Below are positions 15,656 to 20,690 of a stretch of 20,690 bases of DNA, in pieces. How positions within the stretch are numbered: the stretch's first letter is position 1; every line of letters starts with the position of its first letter. The stretch lies in assembly GCA_048941265.1 (NCBI GenBank), contig JBHLNT010000067.1:1-20690 (forward strand), read 5' to 3'. Under the pieces are notes generated by a model. It saw only the letters and a list, made by a program, of their open reading frames with translations. It did not search any database and was not told the DNA's origin. This stretch comes from Promethearchaeota archaeon (GTDB lineage: Archaea; Asgardarchaeota; Lokiarchaeia; Sigyniarchaeales; SOKP01). The position numbers were made by a program, and so were the translations under genes.

Positions 15656-16309
15656 TCATGAAATTTCAATATGTTGCCCTGTTACCATATAATGAACCTT
15701 TTCAGCTATTTTACAAGCATGATCTCCACACCTTTCTAAATAACGAGCAACCATAATAATATGAGCACAAATTGTGATGTTTGCAGGTTTTTCCATCATA
15801 TAGGAAACAGATTCTCTAAATATACTCCATCGCATTTGATCAATTTCATTATCTCTTTCTTCAAAATCCTTTAATTTCGTAATTTCGGATTTATCAAATG
15901 ACTCAATTGCATCTTCAATTAACGATTTTACATGTTCCCACATATGAGTTATGCCTAATATTTCCGAAACGGGGATTTTATCCGATAATAATTCCACAAT
16001 AGCAGCAATATCTTTACCATAGCGTCCTAAACGATATAAATATGTAATCATCTTTAAAATTGTCGCAAGACTTCTCAAATCTATAGCCATAGGTTGATAA
16101 AGTGCAATCATTTTTAAAGAATGTTCTTCAATATGGGCATCAAATTCTCTAAGTTTGTGTTTATTATTATTCACCTCCTTAGCAAGCTCTAAATCTTGTG
16201 TATTAAGTGATTTAATTGCATTTTCCAACATATTTAATGCTAATTTACCCATGTCCAAAACATTTTGTTTTAGATTTATAATTTCCCTATGCAACTCACT
16301 TTTGGACAT
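15656..16309 (-). CDS. phoU: Phosphate signalling protein PhoU
   Basis: Motifs QPMAIDLR, DNEID and ARYLERCGDHA..IAE. Likely ATG at 16309, just after the pstB stop. Confidence 0.95.
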   Translation of the reverse strand: MSKSELHREIINLKQNVLDMGKLALNMLENAIKSLNTQDLELAKEVNNNKHKLREFDAHIEEHSLKMIALYQPMAIDLRSLATILKMITYLYRLGRYGKDIAAIVELLSDKIPVSEILGITHMWEHVKSLIEDAIESFDKSEITKLKDFEERDNEIDQMRWSIFRESVSYMMEKPANITICAHIIMVARYLERCGDHACKIAEKVHYMVTGQHIEIS

Positions 16310-16310
16310 A

Positions 16311-17159
16311 TTAACCAAACCTACCTGTAATATAATTTTCTGTTAATTTCTCTTGAGGATTTTCAAAAATCTGTTCAGTCTCTCCGAATTCAATCAATTC
16401 ACCTAAATACATGAAAGCTGTATAGTCACTAATTCTTGCTGCTTGTTGCATATTATGAGTAACTATAATAACGGTGTATTTTTCCTTTAAATCCTTAATT
16501 AATTCTTCGATTTTTGCGGTAGCAATTGGATCCAGAGAGGATGTAGGTTCATCCATAAGAATTACTTCAGGTTCAATAGCTAAGGTCCTAGCAATACACA
16601 ATCGTTGTTGTTGCCCCCCTGATAACCCTAAAGCGGAATCTTTTAACCTATCTTTTACTTCATCCCAAAGCACAGCCATTTTTAAGCTATTTTCTAAAAT
16701 TGTCTCTAGTTTTTTTTTATCCCGCATTCGATGTATTTTAGGACCATAAACGATATTATCGTATAGTGACATAGGAAATGGATTTGGTTTTTGAAAAATC
16801 ATACCTATATATTTCCTAATTTTCATCGCACTGATTTTATTTCCATAAATATTTCTCCCTTTAAATTCAACTTTCCCTTCAATTTTGCAGTCCTCTATTA
16901 CGTCATTCATCCGATTAAAAGATCTGATAAGAGTAGACTTACCACATCCAGATGGTCCAATAATAGCTGTAACTTTATTTTTTTTAACGATCATATTGAT
17001 ATCTTTTAAGGCATGATTATCATCATACCATAGATTCAAATTTTTACATTCAATTATTATATCATTCCTATTTTTAATTTTCTCTATTTCCGCATTTTGA
17101 CTTTCATAATTATCTTTAAGTAACTTCGTTTTAGCTTTTAAATTCAAGCAAATCACCAA
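16311..17159 (-). CDS. pstB: Phosphate ABC transporter ATPase
   Basis: Motifs [39 protein letters not shown] and YITGRFG. The start may be TTG 17150 after GGTGA. Confidence 0.97.
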   Translation of the reverse strand: MVICLNLKAKTKLLKDNYESQNAEIEKIKNRNDIIIECKNLNLWYDDNHALKDINMIVKKNKVTAIIGPSGCGKSTLIRSFNRMNDVIEDCKIEGKVEFKGRNIYGNKISAMKIRKYIGMIFQKPNPFPMSLYDNIVYGPKIHRMRDKKKLETILENSLKMAVLWDEVKDRLKDSALGLSGGQQQRLCIARTLAIEPEVILMDEPTSSLDPIATAKIEELIKDLKEKYTVIIVTHNMQQAARISDYTAFMYLGELIEFGETEQIFENPQEKLTENYITGRFG

Positions 17160-19282
17160 TTTTTTTTTTTCTGATAATTATTTCTAACATATATTGCGAA
17201 TCCGTACATAATCATTACTAATACTAATAAGACCAGAGCAGTACCTGCTGCTTGAGTATCTGAATTTGGAATAGCAGTTGCTAATACAAATAAATGGTAG
17301 GTGAGTGCCATAACGGGCTGAATTACATATCTTGGTAAACTTTTTTGCTTAAAGACTGCCGCAGTAAACAATATTGGTGCTGTTTCCCCCGATGCTCTTC
17401 CCATTCCAAGAATCATTCCAGTCATTATCCCAGGCATGGCGGCTGGTAAAACTACTTTACTAATACTTTGCCATTTTGTCGAACCCAATGCTAAACTTCC
17501 TTCTCTAAATGAATGAGGTATACTTTTTACAGATTCTTCCGTAGTTCTAATAATTGTAGGGAGAATCATTAATGCTAATGTTAATTGTCCAGCAATCATA
17601 GAGATCCCCAACTCCAAATATAAAACAAAAAAGGCTAAACCAAACAATCCAAATACTATAGATGGTGTTCCATTTAAATTGTCAATTCCAGTACGAATAA
17701 TCTTGGTTATAGGCCCCTCTTTGGCATATTCTGCCAAATAAATTCCAGCCGCTATTCCTATTGGAACAGAATAGATAATCGCTCCTACTGTAAGCCAAAG
17801 TGTACCAACAATCATAGGAAAAATTCCTCCTGCTCGACCAGAATCCTTCGGACCTTCAGTTAAGAATTCCCATGTTATTGCAGGAAGCCCATTTGAAACA
17901 ATATAATATATTATAATACTTAATGATAATACCGAAATGAAAGCGGCAAATGAAATTATGGTAAATACGACTCTTTGTTGATTAATCGGATTTAAAATTT
18001 TAAGTATAAAAAGAAATCCTGCTAATGCGAGGCATAACAATATAGCAGTTTCCCAATCAAACCAGGTCGACAAAATCCAAGCAAGTAATATAAGTAACAT
18101 ATAGAAATAAATTATAAATTTGTATTCTTCTAATTTAAAGGGTGATATAATCCTTAAGACAAGAATTATTCCTATAAGGACTAATGAAATTATTATTGCA
18201 TTGATGATATCAAAGATATTTGTCAAGAGCCACCCAAATAAAATAGAATAGATAATATAAGTTATAATTTTTTTATTTTCCTTAATGATTTGAGGGACAG
18301 GAATTTGATTTTTTGATTTTGATTTAAGTTCTCCCTTTAATTTTTTATTAAATCGTGAAATTATAAAATTAGCAGCTAAATTGATTGTAAACGTCATTAT
18401 AAATAAAACTATAGCCAATGCAAATAATGCTCGATAATGAAGGCTATTTGCCGGGACTTCTCCCATCTCAATTCCAATAGTTCCTGTTATAGTCCTTAAA
18501 GGAGAAAAAATATTAGTAATGGGATCTGGGAAAACATTATTATTTCCAGTAACCATTAAAACAGCCATAGTTTCTCCTATTGCTCTACCTAAACCTAAGA
18601 TTACTGCAGCAGTTATTCCAGAAATAGCCCCTGGTAATACTACTTTACTGATTGTTTGCCATCTTGTTGCTCCCATAGCAAGAGAAGCCTCACGATAGTG
18701 CATAGGGACCGAACTTATTGCATCTTCTGCTACACTTACTATTGTTGGTAGGGCCATAACAGCCAAGATTAAAGAGCCAGAAAGCCAAGTCGCGCCTGTG
18801 GGAGCACCCAGTACCTCTTTTATATATCTATTTAAAACTAAAATTCCAAAAAAACCAAATACAACTGATGGCACTCCTGAAAGCAATTCTACCGCGCCTT
18901 TTAAAAATTTACTAATTTTTGGAGGTGCGATTTCGGCAATAAATATAGCAGTCAAAATCCCTAAAGGTACTGCAATTACCATCGCTCCAAAGGCGACTAA
19001 TAACGTACCTGCAATAATATTATAAGCACCAAATTGTGGTTCTTCTTCATTTGTGGGAAGCCAGTGATCATCAAATAAAAATTCTTCAAGAGTAACTTTC
19101 CTAAAAAAATTTCCTGCATTCTGAAATAAGAATAAGATGATAAAAAAAACCACAATAGTAGCAAGGGAAGCACACATTAGTAAAATAAGGTGAACCAATT
19201 TATCTGTATCAAAAGCACTTTCTATTTCAAATTCAATAGCATCATGATACTTTTGCTCATAAATTTCTGTAGTTGAAGCCAT
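17153..19282 (-). CDS. pstCA: Fused PstC-PstA phosphate ABC permease
   Basis: PstC half: [34 protein letters not shown]. PstA half: [41 protein letters not shown]. One continuous 709-aa ORF. Confidence 0.95.
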   Translation of the reverse strand: MASTTEIYEQKYHDAIEFEIESAFDTDKLVHLILLMCASLATIVVFFIILFLFQNAGNFFRKVTLEEFLFDDHWLPTNEEEPQFGAYNIIAGTLLVAFGAMVIAVPLGILTAIFIAEIAPPKISKFLKGAVELLSGVPSVVFGFFGILVLNRYIKEVLGAPTGATWLSGSLILAVMALPTIVSVAEDAISSVPMHYREASLAMGATRWQTISKVVLPGAISGITAAVILGLGRAIGETMAVLMVTGNNNVFPDPITNIFSPLRTITGTIGIEMGEVPANSLHYRALFALAIVLFIMTFTINLAANFIISRFNKKLKGELKSKSKNQIPVPQIIKENKKIITYIIYSILFGWLLTNIFDIINAIIISLVLIGIILVLRIISPFKLEEYKFIIYFYMLLILLAWILSTWFDWETAILLCLALAGFLFILKILNPINQQRVVFTIISFAAFISVLSLSIIIYYIVSNGLPAITWEFLTEGPKDSGRAGGIFPMIVGTLWLTVGAIIYSVPIGIAAGIYLAEYAKEGPITKIIRTGIDNLNGTPSIVFGLFGLAFFVLYLELGISMIAGQLTLALMILPTIIRTTEESVKSIPHSFREGSLALGSTKWQSISKVVLPAAMPGIMTGMILGMGRASGETAPILFTAAVFKQKSLPRYVIQPVMALTYHLFVLATAIPNSDTQAAGTALVLLVLVMIMYGFAIYVRNNYQKKKNW

Positions 19283-19407
19283 TTAATCCAAACCTTAATT
19301 ATTAATCAGAAAATAATTTTTTTTAATGAAAAATTTAATAAACGATTTGATAAATCGATTATTCATCTATATTTGAGAAGAAATTATAATCAGATATATT
19401 TTATTTC

Positions 19408-19450
19408 TACATAGAGTATGTAAAACTATATAATCTCTATAATCTATATA
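19408..19450. promoter_or_regulatory. Array of TATATA-like hexamers with about 9-bp period upstream of pstCA
   Basis: TACATA 19408, TATGTA 19417, TATATA 19427, TCTATA 19436, TATATA 19445. Confidence 0.45.
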
Positions 19451-19495
19451 GTCTTAAGTCTTTCTTTGGATCTTAAATCTGATTATTAAATAATC

Positions 19496-19530
19496 AAAAA
19501 AGGAAAAAATTTAAAGAATAATAAAAAAAA
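19496..19530 (-). terminator. Oligo-T terminator-like tracts after pstS
   Basis: Several T runs of 6-8 nt on the minus strand, 40-75 nt after the pstS stop. Confidence 0.4.
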
Positions 19531-19569
19531 GGATTTAATTAAAATTTATTATTTACTGCTCAATTACTC

Positions 19570-20478
19570 TTATAATGTAACAAAACCTTCCTCTGCAACT
19601 ATAGATTGACCATCGGTTCGAACCCACTGAATAAATTTATCATAATCGCTATCGAGAGGAGCTTTATAGATTATATATAATTGTCGTGAAATTAAGTAAT
19701 CTCCACTTTTAACATTCTCAACTGTAGCCTGATAATAACCAGGTCCAGAAGGACCGTCATTATAAAGATCAATGGTATCAACTGCTGAATCTACATATCC
19801 TAATCCAACATAACCGATTCCATCTTCATCTCCCGCAACAGCGTCATGAACAGCACCATTAGAATTCAGTTCTTGCTTTGATATTGATTGATAAGCAGGA
19901 TCATCTTCTAATCCAGTAATTTCCTCAAAACTTGCTCTAGTACCTGAATTACTATCTCTACCAATTAAGATAATAGATTCTGACCCTGTGCATCCAGGGG
20001 CGTCACTCCATACGGAATATGTCCCATTCCAGCATTTTAAGACATCTTCTAAAGTCCACTGTGGAATTAACCCACTACTAAAGTGTGTATTTCCTGCACT
20101 CATTATAAGTGCGATACCATCATTGGCGATTGCTTTTTGTCTTAATCTAGGTTCAAGATCTTTTTCTGATTGTTTAAGAGGTCTAGAAGCCATTCCAAGA
20201 TTACTTATATCATTGATTACATTAGAAATTCCCACACTAGAACCGCCCCCCGATACCGCAAAATTATATTCTGTATTTTCTTCTTCGAATTCTGCTGCAC
20301 ATTTTACGATAATAGGAAAACAGGTTGTAGATCCACTGATAAAAATGTTAATATCTTTCTGTTCTTTATCTTCTTCAAGAATTTCTTCACCGTAAAACAC
20401 TCCAACTGCAGACCAAGTAATGAAAGCTGCTGCGAGGATGCCGATGATCGCTAGAGTTATAATACCTTTTTTTTCCAT
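19570..20478 (-). CDS. pstS: Phosphate-binding protein PstS, N-terminally membrane-anchored
   Basis: Motifs SGSTT, GGGSSVG, GMASRPLK, RDSNSGTRASF, IGYVG and YLISRQLY; hydrophobic N-terminal helix. Confidence 0.96.
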   Translation of the reverse strand: MEKKGIITLAIIGILAAAFITWSAVGVFYGEEILEEDKEQKDINIFISGSTTCFPIIVKCAAEFEEENTEYNFAVSGGGSSVGISNVINDISNLGMASRPLKQSEKDLEPRLRQKAIANDGIALIMSAGNTHFSSGLIPQWTLEDVLKCWNGTYSVWSDAPGCTGSESIILIGRDSNSGTRASFEEITGLEDDPAYQSISKQELNSNGAVHDAVAGDEDGIGYVGLGYVDSAVDTIDLYNDGPSGPGYYQATVENVKSGDYLISRQLYIIYKAPLDSDYDKFIQWVRTDGQSIVAEEGFVTL

Positions 20479-20576
20479 CTTTTATTCCACCAAATTTAGA
20501 TTGTTTGATTTAGTTCTTATCGAATTAAAAGAAATTTCGATATAGATTATGTTGAATTATTGAGAGCTTATAGGGA

Positions 20577-20591
20577 TATATACTCTATATA
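20577..20591. promoter_or_regulatory. TATATA-CTC-TATATA element upstream of pstS
   Basis: Its reverse complement TATATA-GAG-TATATA matches TACATA-GAG-TATGTA (19408..19422) at 13/15 positions. Confidence 0.4.
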
Positions 20592-20690
20592 TAAGAAGTT
20601 TTACATTCTATCGTTATTTGGAATAATATGTTTGATTGTAGGCGTTATAGCAATAATGATACAAATCCGTAGTCGAAAGAAAGATAATCG

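Noticed and set aside
16155-20454. Plus-strand ORFs at 16155, 16474, 16791, 18798, 19988 and 20170
   Set aside because: All are antisense to well-conserved phoU/pst genes and show no motifs.

Overview
AT-rich archaeal window. The gene content (Dpo1-type PolB1, archaeal-type riboflavin enzymes, a CCA-less tRNA, GGTGA-type RBSs) fits an Asgard/Lokiarchaeia-like genome, though that taxonomy is inference. From left to right it holds: a truncated DUF2804-like gene (-); a riboflavin operon ribB-ribC-ribH-gch3/arfA-arfB (+) preceded by two identical palindromic operators; an orphan 48-codon copy of the PolB C-terminus (-); a YkgJ-type Cys-cluster gene (-); a free-standing, apparently splicing-dead intein/LAGLIDADG endonuclease gene (+); pmbA and tldD after full-length polB1 (all -); a small two-repeat protein (-); tRNA-Thr(UGU) (+); an AmpG-like MFS transporter (+); and a phosphate cluster transcribed pstS, fused pstC-pstA, pstB, phoU, arsC (-), ending in an unannotated frameshifted winged-helix gene. 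Main discovery: 4245..6869 looks like a roughly 2.6-kb homing element inserted into the 3' end of polB1. It appears to supply a replacement C-terminus and to displace the old tail to 4098..4244. This architecture parallels the yeast WHO/HO elements at FBA1, here in an archaeal DNA polymerase gene.
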